Shown here in pieces: positions 46,105 through 59,867 of a stretch of DNA of 64,000 nucleotides. Origin of the DNA: Deltaproteobacteria bacterium (GTDB lineage Bacteria > SAR324 > NAC60-12). The stretch lies in contig NYXK01000186.1 in the NCBI GenBank assembly GCA_002685535.1, positions 2,027-66,026 of the forward strand, read 5' to 3'. Each line of letters begins with the position of its first letter. Within the stretch, counting starts at the first letter, position 1. The position numbers and the translations under genes were made by a program. Under the pieces are notes generated by a model. It had not been told where the DNA came from and made no database searches. It saw only the letters and a list, made by a program, of their open reading frames with translations.

Positions 46105-48248
46105 AACGTTAGATCGGTCCCTCGTTCCTTCTGCACAGTCAACCCGAGGTACCTTTGACAAAGTCATTTCCAGCAAAGCTGGATCGACTAAATTGGCGGA
46201 GACTCGCGCTGGCCCCGTTATCCGGGACTTCTCACTCGTGCGATACCTGCACGTTGCCGGTTGGATCCCACCTCAACGACGCTGGCCGTTCGTCTAACGA
46301 GGTCGCACGGCAGGTAGAGCCTCCTGCTGGGACCGACCCGGATGAGATGAAATGGGGAACTAAACCAAGATGACTGAGCTGGGCGGTATGACGACCGTTC
46401 CTGATGTGGATGCAGCCAGGCTTGCTGCATGCATAGATACAAGCATTGGTTCTGGGACCAGCTCCCGGAGAATGAGAGAGCCCCACGACCACAGCAGGTC
46501 GAGTGCAGCAGCTGTGTTGTGGAAGGCGTTGTGCATTGTAATGCAGTCAGATGATACGTTGTACTCTTCTGGCTTCATCGCATTTGCAGGACTCACCCAA
46601 GAGGTGTACTGGCATCTTTCTTCTGCTCTCCTCGGCGCTCAGGAGCTCCATCTTTCATCTCAACAAGCTTTTCCAGATAAGACGGGCCCCATTCATCCCC
46701 GCTGCTTAGCGCGTGGCGACGGGACATGTACATCCAAAGATGGGATGGATGTAGAGTCGAAGACGCGAGATCAACGGGCCGCAGATAAGAGATGATGACA
46801 ACAAACGGAAACTAGCGACGTTCACGGCAGACACCGAACAAACGAACGATGGCGGGATGATCGAAGTCTTCGAGAAGAAAAGCTAAGCAGCCGCGCCAAG
46901 CCGGCTTTGGTCTTCGCACCCGAGATTCCCTGTCTGGCTTCAAAGCTTGTCTGTCCACTGATCCACTTCGCTATCAACAGTCAATCAATGGAGGGGAAGG
47001 GTTTAGGTGATGGATTCTGTCAGCAATACAATCAGCATTTTGTTTGAACATCATCAACGAAGCCTCGCGACCCTCGTCATCGTTCTTAGATAACGGGAGA
47101 ACATGCATGGAAGTAGAGTCCAGGGTTTGCCCCCATAAATCCAAACATCTGAAAATCAAGACCCCAAGGTCTTCGACTACAAACACGCCGGCGTTCCCGT
47201 ACGACTAACTATATCGATTCGATACATCTAGGACTGGAATGGCACCGTAAAATCAACTAACACCCAAAGAGCAAGTATATCGTTACACGAGTTTGCTGAC
47301 AAAGTACGCCGTGGTACTCGCTCCGAGTTAACTAGCAGCGGGAGACAGGTCTCTCAATATCTGTTTCCCTCACAATGATTCCTTACTCTCCATTATTCTC
47401 TTGCAAAGCCTTGGGACACGCAGCGACGCCTTCCTACTAAGGCGATCGGTCTCAACGTTACTTCAATACACCTCCCCTCCCCCCGGAGGACGACCACGTG
47501 TGACCCTTGTTGTATTCTCTTACCCGCACAGTACATCTGGGTTTCGATCGATACACAATTCGCCGTTCTGTCCTTGCAATCTCCATCTAGAACCTTGCCA
47601 ACGTTTATCAGTCAACATCAATATTCAGGACGCTTTACGGCCAATATCTGGACTAACGAAAGTCACCCAGCACCCGAGCTAACAAAATCCATGTCTCTGC
47701 CCTCTCTGCCCTCTCTCTCTTCCTCTACCTGCTCACAAGCAACAACCCACTCCTCCGATCTTCAGTTCACCCGTACTACTTATCGTCTCTTAGCCACAAC
47801 CAATTAATATATCATCCCATCTCGGGACCCTTTACCACTCAGCTCAGCTCGTGACCCCCAAAATTCTCAATGCTCGGCTTCGAAAATCTTCAGAACGAAC
47901 CACTTCCATCTCTGCCTATTGGATTCCTTCCATTGTCTCGTCCCAAGAACACACTCGAACACTTCCTAAACCGCATCTACATTCTCATCCACATGTACAC
48001 ACCCAGAACTATCTCTCCCCTGCATACTCATGCACGTCCCCGTACATGATCTCGCATCTCTTCCCCGAGTCACCGAGTCCACAACCAGGTACCGTGTGAC
48101 TCGAAACCACGGCACAACGTTGCCTGTTTACATGTACACCTCAGTCCTACCATTCCATTTCCAGTTCCCCGGTTTCCTTGCATGTGTAGCTCAAGCCACT
48201 TTTTACTTTCATCTTCTTTGAGTCTACCGGTAATACTTTTCTCCCCCT

Positions 48249-48277
48249 ATCACATCACATCACATCACATCACATCT
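48249..48277. repeat. (ATCAC)n pentanucleotide microsatellite
   Basis: Direct reading: atcacatcacatcacatcacatcacatc, about 450 nt downstream of the kinase stop codon. Confidence 0.9.
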
Positions 48278-48723
48278 CGCTCGATAGCCTACATTACTAG
48301 TAGCTTTCGAGATTTCATAGCTACCTACAGTAATAGAGGGGATGGATGAAACATGAACATTCAAAAACCAGAATCTGCAAAAAGAAATGGATATATTCAA
48401 CGTCCACGGAATGTGGACTGAAGTAATTTTTGAAAAATGTACCGCCTGAACCGGAACCACTATACGCCCGCGCGCCGACTCCCTGGGTATTGAATGAATG
48501 GTTAACAAGAAAAGTAATCGCCTGCCTACCTGCCTCCCACCTATTAACCTGCTTCCCTCATGCAACGAATAAACAAGAAAGGAGAGAGAAAAAGAACAGA
48601 AAAACACTCCCGAAACCATAAATGCAATCATAAAGACCTCCCATCCCAATCCCAATCCACTGCAACCAGTAAAAAAAGAAACACAAGGAAAATAATAAAG
48701 CGAGAACCTCAGTGCTCACTTTC

Positions 48724-51013
48724 TCACTCCGTCCACCCCCAGTTCATATCCCTCACGCACAACCCCCCACCAAACCTCATCGTAACCACCAGAACCACAA
48801 AATGCGCAACAAACAATCCCACCCTCACCCATCCCGCATCAAGCCCAGCCGCCAGTTCAAACGAAGCCAAGAGAATCAGCGGCCACATCACCACATCCCT
48901 CGTAACGAGCGGCGCACAAGGCTTAATGACGCTCACGACCTTGGCGAAGAAAATCGCTAGCCGGAGAAAGAGGTGTAACGTATGTCGATTCTGGTGAGCC
49001 CATTCCTCGGCGTAGTGTTTGTAGATTGAGAATTGGTGCTTGAGGCGTGACATTGGCGTTGAGGGCGGCGGCATCAATAGCGGCGTTCTTGGGTTCATTG
49101 ACGGGGATTCGTTTCGATGGAAGTCATTTCGCTGGGGACTTGGCGTGCGGGAGTGGGAATGCGATTTAGCTTCAAGAACTAGTTGGGAACTTGGTGAGGG
49201 AGTTGGCGACGTCTCAGAAGCATCTTCGATGTATGCGCCCGATCGTACGCGTTTGCTGGGTTCTGTGTTCCATGAGATGGGGAGTTTGAAGTCGAATGGG
49301 AGAGAAATACCGTTAACTGGTGTACCTGGTGGCATTGGAGAATCGAATGATTGGATAATCCGGCCACCAAGTCCTGCGTTGCTGCCATTTCTTGTCCTTG
49401 ATGGAGCTTCAAGCCCTTTCTCCGTGCGAATTGCTGTGAGAATATCGTTTGCGCTTGGTCTCTCGTTTGGATCGAGTGCAAGCAGACGCTTCAAGAACTC
49501 ATACAGCTGGTTTGGCAGCTCGGGTCTTTCTCGTCGCTCGTCGACAAATCCAGACCATCCACTGATCTCTGCCCTCAGCATATCCATGTCTTCGAACTCT
49601 TCCTGGATGCTGTCTGCACTCTTGTATGGGAGACGTCCAAAGCACATGAAGTAGAGGATCATACCTAGACTGAAGATGTCAGACTTGGTAGTAAAGTTTC
49701 CATATCGTCCAAACTGGTCCTGTCTCAAGACCTCTGGAGCACAATATGATATCGTTCCTGTCGAGCCTGTGGACTTCCGCACCACGTTCTCGGCTTGGAC
49801 TTCTCCAAAGTCACTAATCAGACACCTGACATCGTTACCATCCTTGTGCAATAAGCAGTTGCTTGGTTTCAGGTCTCGGTGGATGTAATTTGATGCATGG
49901 AGATGTGCCAGTCCAGACGTGATATCCTTGAAGAATGAATATATCTCTTCAAAGGTCAATTTCCGCTGGGAAGATCTCAGATCAGGTCGGTCCATCTGTC
50001 CTCGAGATCTCCTTCGCATCTGTTCTTTCAGTTGTTCCTTGACACTTTTGACAGCAGGAGAAGGACCAATGATGTAGTGAAGGAGATCTCCAGAGTTACA
50101 ATACTGTTGTAATATGAAAGCGCAAGGGACGGATGGACTGAATCGGTTGAGCTTTACATCTTCCAGCCAGACGTGACGATATGACACTAGATTTGGATGC
50201 GATAGGCCTTGCAGAAGTTGTACCTCGATGAGAACTATGTTTGTTAGTGTGGTCCGCGCGCATCCTCAAGGAAAGTACCTTTTTCAAGCCAGGCATGGTC
50301 GTCTCCAACAGGCACTCTTTTGCAAGCAAATTGACCTATTAGGGTCAGCACTTCTGCGCAAATATCTCCCATCTCCCAGTATGCATACCCAAAGAAACGC
50401 TGTCCAGCTCATGGCGGACCAGCAGTACCACACCCTTCCCACCTCGTCCGAGTTCCTTCTCCTCTGTAAAGAATCGCTTGAAATAATTCGGACTGAAAGC
50501 TTCCTTCTTGATACTATGGCCAGTCTGAGGTGCCGGCGCACTTGTCACAAATTCCGCATCTGACACTGATCCTCCAGTACTACTTGCTGCAGACGGAAAC
50601 GCTGGTTGGACAAGTCTTCGAATCGGACTTGATGGTGGATTATGTTCTTCTCCTCCGTCGTGTGCAGACTGTAGCATGCGAAAGTATTCAGGACTAATGA
50701 AAGGGGATGATCGGTGGGGAGACGATTGTCTGTCTGGGGATGAAGCTCGGAACGATCGGTGGCATGTTGGGCATTCGGATGAGAAGGAGGGGGACGAGGA
50801 GGGGGATGCCCCGCGCAGGATTAACTGTCTTGTCTGCGGATCGCGAATGACAATGGCATCGTCATGGCGGCTAGAATAAAGCAATCAGTATTGATTTCCA
50901 TGAAGTATATTCATTGGGCACCTGGGAGCGGAAAGGTTGTGTTGCGAATGTACTCGGGTTGCTCACAGTACGATCTCCCGACTATCGCGAGAAGAGTATG
51001 GGACAAGGGACAT
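48724..51013 (-). CDS. IKS1: Serine/threonine protein kinase, IKS1-like
   Basis: Kinase subdomains are present: LGRGGKGVV, HRDLKPSNCLL, DFGE, TISYCAPE and DIFSLGMILY. The pre-kinase block FSPNYFKRFFTEEKELGRGG and the N-terminus MSLVPY...IVLRHDDAIVIRD fit my recollection of IKS1 orthologues. Exons are 51013..50967, 50870..50389, 50335..50279 and 50234..48724 (introns of 96, 53 and 44 nt). Phases close, giving 698 aa. Confidence 0.85.
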
Positions 51014-51667
51014 GTTGATTGCGGAAGCAGTGGTCAAAGAAACATGATGAAGATTCTGATCCTACATACCCAGCTGTGGGGATATGAGGGTTTAGGATAT
51101 TTGTTTTGTTTGCCAGTTCAATTAATGCGGGTGTTGCTGGTTGCAGTCGTCGTCAGTCATAGATTGGATGTTTGTTTTGTTGGAGCAAGCAAGGAGCAGC
51201 ATGTCGGATCGAGAGTCAGTGCTGCTCCACTGAAATTCAAGGTCGAGCTTTCCCCACAGTCCTTGTCAGCATGTTTGTTCAGGTTAGCCGGGCGAATCCC
51301 AAGCTAAGCCACGCTGGGAAGGGCGAAGGCTTACTGTACTGTACCGCACCGTACCGAGGAGCTAAGTACGTCAACTCGACCTCCTTCCAGGCTGCCAGCC
51401 TTGATCCTCTTTCGTCCTCTATATATTTTCCCTTCTCCTTGTCTTCTCTCTTATTGTTCCCTTACTTCATATGGAATGAGTTCAACTCGCTTGGAAGATA
51501 AAAGCACACAACAAGCCCCATACGTCTGACCCCATTGTACTTAAAATCAAGGTCTTGCTCTGACCAGGCCTGGAAGCTCCGACTTGGGAGACTTGGAATT
51601 TATACTGAATTTTGATGCCACCTGCTTCAAACCCAACAGCGCCTGCTCCTCGCCAACATAAGAGAAA

Positions 51668-52576
51668 ATGCCTTCAAAATCACGTCGCAAAGCGACCAAG
51701 TCCCGGCAGTCCAACGACTCGAAACCCAAGGTCTCCAGACCTCGCAGACAAGGCTTGAGATCAAGTGCGCGACCCGCCCCAGATGTAGGTGATGACATTC
51801 ATACAGTAGAGCCTGTACGATCACCCAGAATCGGATTTCTTTCCGTGCCCATAGAGGTTCGCTCTATGATCTATTATCTGTTGCTCGCCAAGGATGATAA
51901 GGTCTCCATTGAATCTGACTTCGTGAGGAATCCTCATCTCCCGAGCGTCACCAACCACATAACTTCTATCGTCCGCGTCAACAAACAGATCAGTGATGAA
52001 GCTCTCCCGATACTCTATTCCTCGCAGGTTTTCCGAATTGGCAACGGATTCCGGTCCCGGCATCCTGATGATGATGCTCTAAAAATGTTCATCAAAACAG
52101 TACGGCCTCACCTCATCGCTTCCATTACATCGCTAGACTTCAATGCTTCGCTAGACATGGGATTAGCTTGGTTCTTACCCGGTTTCGGTCTTCCTCCTCT
52201 GTTTTCAGGTAACCTCGCTTATGCTTCAAGCTTTCGATCAATGTGCCAGCAAATTCTCAAGAATATGACAGGGCTCAAATCCGTAACTATTAGCTTTGGA
52301 GCATGGGGGAGATCGATAAATGCACTCCGAATGTTTAGTAGGACAGCGACAGTCTCCGGCTTTGCGGCTTCGATCCGGTTGCTTATGAAGCTTCCCAGGT
52401 TGAATCAGATAGAACTTGTTGATTGCAACATCCTTGGGTTTCAACTACTACTTGATAAATTGGTCTCTGGAGGGCCAGGCTTACCAGGAACTGGCAGCTG
52501 TACTGTCGTGCCGATATCAGTCTCAGACGGCCATCCTGGAGGTCTCTTGATGACAACTTATCTTCTGTCGTGGTGA
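51668..52576 (+). CDS. Hypothetical protein with an F-box-like / 2EXR-related N-terminal motif (302 aa, single exon)
   Basis: True ATG at 51668. A basic N-terminus is followed by FLSVPIEVRSMIYYLLL ... VRVNKQISDEALPILYSSQVFRI, the pattern of small fungal F-box-like families related to 2EXR. I recognise no other domain. Confidence 0.55.
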   Translation: MPSKSRRKATKSRQSNDSKPKVSRPRRQGLRSSARPAPDVGDDIHTVEPVRSPRIGFLSVPIEVRSMIYYLLLAKDDKVSIESDFVRNPHLPSVTNHITSIVRVNKQISDEALPILYSSQVFRIGNGFRSRHPDDDALKMFIKTVRPHLIASITSLDFNASLDMGLAWFLPGFGLPPLFSGNLAYASSFRSMCQQILKNMTGLKSVTISFGAWGRSINALRMFSRTATVSGFAASIRLLMKLPRLNQIELVDCNILGFQLLLDKLVSGGPGLPGTGSCTVVPISVSDGHPGGLLMTTYLLSW

Positions 52577-53404
52577 AAAGGAAGAGACTTTCGGTTTCAT
52601 TCTTTTCTTTTGGGCATGTATTATAGGTACCCCATATTTGTCCTCTGTATACTCACCTCAATTCACTGATCGAACCGTTGTACAGTATTTCGGCGATGCG
52701 CTTCGTCTCCTTGGATTTTGGAGGTTCTGCTATTCCATACCACACATCCAATGATGTTACCTATTGTAGTAGCGCTCGTCATCGCCCTCCAGGGCTTTCT
52801 TCGCCACTTTCACCAAGGTTCTTTCGAACATGACGGCAAGAGGGAGTTGTATCTGACTGTTATCGTTTTCGGACTCGCTGTCGCTCCCACTTCTCGGAAA
52901 TCGGCTTGGTGTTGGGCGATAAAAGATCAAACGTCCACGTGGTGCACCCACCAGATTATCGCTAGCCACTTGCAAAGCACTTCAGCGCAGTTCCGCTTCG
53001 AAATATGTCGTGATGACTTCATCTTCCGGAACCCATATCTTCCACTTGAGCCTCATTCCTCATCGTCAAGGAGCATTCTCGATAAGATCCTTTTTGCAGA
53101 CTTGCGGTCACAATCGCTTGAGAAGTGATCTGCGAAGTCAAGGAAGTCAACCAAGACTCGACAAGACTGTTCTCATCGTGCATTCAAAACGCCTATCAAG
53201 CCAATGCCAATGTAGTCTGGTGGCTCACATTCGACGGTGAGAAATGCAGAATTGAATCTTCATTTGCGAGCTACACCTACTACATCCACATCATCACACA
53301 ACACCTGGTATAATTCCAATCCTCAAGCCCCAGTCCCCTGCCTCGGCCGTCCCAACCACAGAAGTACTCCTACTCAAACACCTTTCTCAACCCAAACACA
53401 ACCT

Positions 53405-55541
53405 CTACTCGCCCTTAACCTCCTTCGCCTCCTCATGATGCAATACATCCTTCTTCTCATCCGGCGTCTCCGCCCTCGCATCACCATGTCCACTTGGAAG
53501 GGAAGCCCTCAACAACGCATCCAACCCAATCTCCCTATTAATCTCCGCCATGCGTTCAAAGTCCGCTTGTGCGGTGCCCTCGCTGCCGAAAATCACGTCC
53601 ATCTCTTCGAGCGTGAGACGTTTGGTTTCCGGAACGAAGAACCAGATGAATGCGGCGCCGATGAGCGTTAGGAAGCCGAAGAGGAGGTACGTGCCGTAGG
53701 AGATGCCGGCGATCATGTCGGGTGTGACCTGTCGCGTGTTAGCTGTCTATGTTACAGGCAGGATGCGATCGAAGGGGAGGGGGAGGGAAGTGGACGAGTG
53801 GATTAAATGGGATGAAAACACGTACTTGACCAACGATAAAGTTATTCATCCAATTCGAGCTCGCACCTAATGCAATACCATACGGACGATTCGACAGCGG
53901 CCAGATCTCAGCGACGATGATCCACGCGCATGGTCCCCAACTGTATCCGAAATGCACGATGAAGAGCCAGACCATGACTACGGCAGCCCAGCCTGCGGCT
54001 TTGTGCTCGGGCCAGCTGTCGCGGTAGCTGGCTACGATGGCGGCGATGATGATGTGGCAGCTTGCCATTCCGATTGCGCCAACGGTGAGGATGGGTTTGC
54101 GGCCGATGCGGTCGATGTAGAGAACGGTGGGAATGGTGGCGATGAACATGACAATACCGACGACGCCGGTTGCGAGGAGGGAAATTGTGTTGCCGGTGAG
54201 ACCGAGACTCTTGAAGATGGTGGGTGCGTAGCTGGAGGACAAGATGTTAGCGAGAGCTCGAGTATGGGTTCTTACACGACGTTGTCTCGGAACACATCCA
54301 CGAGTGAACCATGTCCCGGGAGGCAGAACTCGAGACGGGAGACAAGAGACATGATGTACTCACTATAGAATTGCGTTGATACCAGTCCACTGCTGAAAGA
54401 ACATCGTGACTGTGGCGACGATGACTCGCTTGAACATAGCTCTGGTGCGGAACAGGGAGCCAATGGCAACGAATTGCAGCTTGAAGGTGTTCCAGGTAGT
54501 GAGCTCGCGCAGGTGTGGCCAGTGCTCTGCGACAGTTCGCTTCTCGAAGAGAGATTGGGCTTTGATCTCGAGGAACTCGAGTTCGACGAGTTCGTGGTCT
54601 GATGGGAGGTCTCGGAGGGTTGCAAGAACCTTGCGGGCTTCATCTTCACGCTATTCGAGAGTCAGCACAGGCGTAATACGTGAGCAAGAAAGAGACACGA
54701 TCTCGGAAGTTTCAAGGACTGGGCGGAAAGGCATGAAACGGGATGAGAGAATTGAGACTGTACTTACATTATGGTGAACCAGCCAACGAGGCGAAAATGG
54801 CATAAACAAGATTCCGCCGAACAAGACAACCGCTGGGAACAGCTGGAGACAAATTGGAACCAGCCAGGCCGCATCGCTCTGAGTTGAACCTGTACCCCCG
54901 ATGTAGTTGGTACCGTAGTTGATCCAGAAAGAGATCATGATTCCGAAGCAAATGGCGAGTTGCTGAAGAGCAATAAGAGACCCTCTCACTTCGGGAGGAG
55001 CGACTTCAGCGTTATACATCGGTACGATCATAGACAATGAGCCAACACCCATACCCGTAACGAATCTGCCGCCCAGGATTGCGTTGTGTCCGGCAGTAAT
55101 CGAGGTTGCTTGGATGACAACGCCAATGATGAAGACACCGGTGGCGATGAGAATGCCGTATTTTCGCGAAGCTGCCTCTGCCATGAAACCAGAGAGAAGT
55201 GCTCCGAGCCAAGCACCGAGTTCCAGAATGGAAGTCAACCATCCTTTCTTGGTTTGATGTTGTGGCAGGTCTGAAGCATAGACTCCCATGTGTTTCTTGA
55301 AGGCAGACATGACGAGAATTCCGGAGAAGACTCCCTGGTTGTATCCTTCATTGCATTAGTCAAGCCGTTATATATGATATAGGTGCTTACCATAAAGCAA
55401 TCCTCCAATACAAGCAAACATAGCAATCATGAAAACTCTGCTATTCTTAATCAGAGCAGCAGGTCCACTCGAGCCCATCAGGGCTTGGCGACGGAGCAGA
55501 GCCGCATCATAGATACCAGCTGGACCCGCGGCAGCAACCAT
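53405..55541 (-). CDS. MFS sugar transporter (sugar porter family)
   Basis: Sugar-porter blocks are present: GYNQGVFSG, GRFVTGMGVGSLSMIVPMYNAEVAPPEVRG, PRWLVHHN, FFQQWTGINAILYYAPTIF, DRIGRKP, WGPCAWIIVAEIWP and PETKRLTLEEMD. Exons are 55541..55391, 55345..54768, 54650..54364, 54231..53826 and 53728..53405 (introns of 45, 117, 132 and 97 nt). Phases close, giving 581 aa. Confidence 0.9.
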
Positions 55542-58038
55542 CTTTTGATGTTTTGGTAGAAGCTTGACTTCTCAAATGGCAAAACAATTTCGATATTTCA
55601 ACACGAGGAAAAGTTTATGCAGAAGCTGCAAAAAGACTTGGGAGAAATCATCGTGCGGGCAGCTCAGGCAATATAAGATCGAGTGACTGAGGAGACATGC
55701 ATCTGCATGGGGAGCTTACAGCTTGACAGCTCCGGGTAAATGAATGCTTGGGTAAAAGAGACAGCGCGGGGATGGTCAATTCCCATTTCTGACATATGTA
55801 GGGTAATCATTGCATAGCGTGGTAATGGAACATGTAGTACTTGCTTGCAAGTATATGACGCGAGGCAATAATCCTTGAAGTGGCCGGGGGAGCCTACGGA
55901 GCGACTACCGACGAGGTATCTGAGGATCTAGCCTCGAAGTTGGATAAATGGAGAATAATACGGTACTTGACGGGTGCAATTTGTATAGATTGAGTCAGCA
56001 TGCTGGGGGATCTGCGAGACGATTGCCCCAATCGACGTCGTGGAGATGCTGGAGTCTCCGCATCTCGTTCTGTTGGGGTTGACCAACCAGACATTCAGGC
56101 TGATTAGGTATCGCCGTCTCGGTGCTATTTCTATAAGCGACACTCTGTGATTGATTCGAGCATCATGTACGTTATCGAGGATCCTTTGTCCCGAGAAGTT
56201 GTTCGAGCAATAGGAGTGCACCGATGAGGCTTCGAAACGGGGCGTTGGCCGAGTCTGGGCTGGCTTGGAAAGTTGTGGTGTGGATGATGTCTGGAGAAGC
56301 TTGTGGCTTTTGGTGGTGGGTTTCTGCCGACAGCCGAGACCAAAGCTTGTATACGGCTCACGTGATGCTTGGTCTGAGAATCAAATTCAAGCAAGATTTC
56401 CTGGCCGCTTAAGATGATGGAGCTAAGTGATTCACATTGAAATTGCATCTTTGCAGCTGACTTGACATTGGTGTCGAAAATCTACTTTCGCGCAAGGTGT
56501 TTTGATGAGGCCGAATGAACTGGGTTCGCTTAGACTACTGGGCCCCAAACATGGGCGCTCAAAGTCTGCAGCTGTCAGCTCATGTCAAAACAGGCCATGG
56601 ATCTGATTCCAGCTTCTGTGCTTCCAAAAACTTAAGCTTCAGTCCGATTGCGGTCCCCTGCTAGCTCATCCCCTCGAGTGATTCTGGCTGGAATACCTGA
56701 GATATGAGGCTGCAAACTTCTTCCCTCCATCGACGAACAAAGCAATGTGAGTCCTCCACCCATCGTCTTCGCGGCTACTCGAACATCAGAATATTTCGAA
56801 ACGATCCTCAGACGCAGCAAAATGCAGACTCACAGCCTCATATATGCTATATCCTCGCCCACACCTCTCTCATCAGCACGTGAGCTAAGCGCCGAAGGAT
56901 CGTCCGTGTCATCCCAACTTTCTTAAGCGAGAATATAATTAGACGCCCTCCATCTTCGCCATCTCCGCCATCTCCAACAAAGCCAACCAGGAGCTCTGCC
57001 GCTCGCCAGCAGGAGATTTGCATGTTTCGACAGACGATTGACGAATCTTCGATGGGGGGCGAAACGTAAGGAGATGGGATGAGAACTGGTGGGAATGGTC
57101 AGCCTTACCAGGCTCGGACTCGATCGTGCCCCCTTGTCTCTGCGGCTACCTACCCGCCCCCAGGTACTGGCATTACTCTCTGCCTCCCCTCTACCTGACC
57201 TATTTTTGACGGCGCCTCATTACGCCTCACCCGTGTCCTGGGATGTTGAGTAGCCAACCCAGTCTACAGTATCCAGCTTGCTTTTACCGCCGACTAAGTA
57301 ATAAGCCTACGCGCCGACAACAAGACCTTCCCTCCTTTCCGTCAGATCTACCTCCCAAATCATTCAACCGCCTCCAGACCCTCTCAGCCAATATGAGTGG
57401 CCGCCGTGCTACCAACAGCTCTTTCTCGAGACTCCATGTAACTCCCGCGCCTACTCAGTCGCGACTGGGGGTTTCAGTCTTTCAACCCCCTCCGGCCATC
57501 CAAGTGACATGTCTGGGTGGACACACTGTACCACCTATCTAAAAGCAGGCGGGTTTCGTTTCATCTCCTCTTCTACGCGGGTACCAGGGTCTCAAATTAG
57601 GTCATTTTCGCGCGGATAGACTCCACCAGGCGTCAAATGAGGCTATAAACATCTTTGTTACCGCCCCATCGTCGTCTCCTCTGCTGCATCATGTTTCGCA
57701 GCAGGATTGTATAAAGAACGGCCATCCAGTCCCCTCTAACAGGCCTTCCGATCTTCTTGCTTCTCTCTTCAGAGCCACTCAATCTGTTATTCTATTTCAT
57801 TTCATTTTTGTCCTCCCTGTCGTCCTCTCATACACAAAAAAGATACCCCTCGATGCGAATTTTCCTATCGTCGTTTCATATCTCCATCTCCTCTCGTTAC
57901 CACCTCATTCGTTTGACCAGTTCCTCCTGGCGAGGCCATCTTAATTCCTAATCCGAATTCATTCATCTTTACTATCAAGAAGATATACCCACTTCTCTAC
58001 AGCACACCACGTCAGATCTCCACCTTCGTTCACCAGAG

Positions 58039-59245
58039 ATGCCAAAAGGTCACCGCTCTGTCAGAAGCCAAGGTTATTACCGCCTCAGTCCAGTCACTAC
58101 CCCAACCACAATACCCACACAATACGCACCTATCTCCACACGCCAGACAATCCCCAACTCATACTACAACACACCACAAGGGCCTCTCACCAGCACCTCC
58201 AACATGTCACAACAATCATACCAACAAGGCCCAGCCAACTACTCCAACGGTGGCCCGGTCCAACTCCCCATGAACCAACAGTACACCCAGATGCCTCCAG
58301 CACCGGTCTCCATCCGTCCCTCAAGTGGCGCCTGGACACCTTCAGATGACCAGACACTCATGGCTGCCCGCGCACAAGGCATGAACTGGGCTCCAATCCA
58401 ACAGATGTACTTCCCAAGCAAGACACCGAACGCCTGTCGTAAGAGACACGAGCGATTGATGGAGCGTCGGAGTGCAGATGACTGGGACGGCTTGAAGCTA
58501 GAGAACCTAGCGAAGAACTACATGGGTATGAGGCGCGAGATCTGGTCAGCTCTTGCGGCACAGACAGGGGAGAAGTGGAACGTGGTTGAGCAAAAGGTAT
58601 GTTTCTTTACTTTCCATTTCTTTCCTCTTTCATCCACCACAGCCAGAATGCAAGAAAGTAATAACTCAACTGACACCTACTCAAAAGTGCATGTCCCAAG
58701 GTCTCAAGAACCTCCAAACAGCCGCCCGCTCCTGCGCCCGCCGCGAGCGCATGCTCGACCCCAATTCGTCCTCCGCCAACCACTCACACTCTCAATCTCA
58801 GGGCAGCTACAACGGTTTCGAAAGCACCGACGACTCAGGGTACGCGGACGAGCACGATCATGATCCTGATCTTGATCGGGATCACGATCATGACCATGAC
58901 CACGATCTCGAGGCCGAGTACGATGCTGACGGTAACTCAGACCGGTCTTCCACAAACGGGGTGTATAGCCACCACTCGCACTCCTCGCACAGCAACGGCA
59001 TGAATGTGAATATGAACGGGAATGGAGGCGGACATTATCAAACACACGGCCACAGTCATAGTAATGGGAGTAATGGGAGTCTTGGGGGCGGTCTTGCGGG
59101 GATGGGAGGAATGGTCGGCGGTGGGATGGGTGGGTACGCGATGCATCCGAGTCAGCATCATGGACATGGACATGGGCATCAGGGTCGCTTGCCGAGTATG
59201 AGTATGGGCATTGGAGCGATAATAGAGAATTATGAGAAGAGATGA
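58039..59245 (+). CDS. Myb/SANT-like DNA-binding protein with a His/Asp/Gly-rich C-terminus (371 aa)
   Basis: Myb-like repeat WTPSDDQTLMAARAQGMNWAPIQQMYFPSKTPNACRKRHERLMERR, then a second degenerate repeat WDGLKLENLAKNYMGMRREIWSALAAQTGEKWNVVEQK|CMSQGLKNL spanning a 91-nt intron (58597..58687, GTATGT..CTGAC..AAG). Exons are 58039..58596 and 58688..59245. Confidence 0.8.
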
Positions 59246-59867
59246 GACTGGAGATAGGGATAAGACTGTCGCTTTCGTTGCATACGTTCTTTACTGCGGC
59301 AGCAGGCATGGAAAAGGGATAGAAGGAGGCGTATGGCGCAAGCGAGTGGTATTTTGTTGCGATTTTTTGCTCATTTGTGCGTTCGTTCGTTCGTCCTCAT
59401 TGGATTTTTGCTCATCTGCTTTCATTGTTTTCTGTCGTTTGTTTTTGTTTTTAAGCTTCGGCAACGACTTTCGTTTTTGTTTCAGGGTCCAAAAGATCAG
59501 ATGGGAGGCTGAGATGAGATTGAGTATTTACCAGACTTCACGAGATATGAAATTTTCCTTTCTTTTCATTTCTGTAGAGTAGCATTGTATCAATAGTATA
59601 GCCAGGCATGTGGCAGCCAACCAGAACATTATTAGTATCTCAATGGCAAATAGCAAATTGTTCTCACTAAGTACCATGAGATGTGCAGCATATGCTACTG
59701 AACTTGGAATTGAGAGATGTGGTATAGTACAAAGGCACTCGTTCGTCCTTCCTTACTTCCTGCGTTCGATGACCGCCCATGCTATTTCTACAAACACCCG
59801 ACAATTGCTGCCCATACAGTCTAGATCTATTCCAACATCTCAAATCCCACTTCACCACACCACATTC

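Noticed and set aside
49040-49654. 204-aa ORF on the plus strand
   Set aside because: It lies entirely antisense to the kinase catalytic-domain exon and is Gly/Ser/Arg-rich with no motif. This is a typical shadow ORF opposite a real coding region.
58704-59309. 201-aa ORF on the minus strand, plus the 58937..59179 ORF
   Set aside because: Both are antisense to the His/Asp/Gly repeat region of the Myb-like gene. Repeat-driven open frames exist on both strands there.
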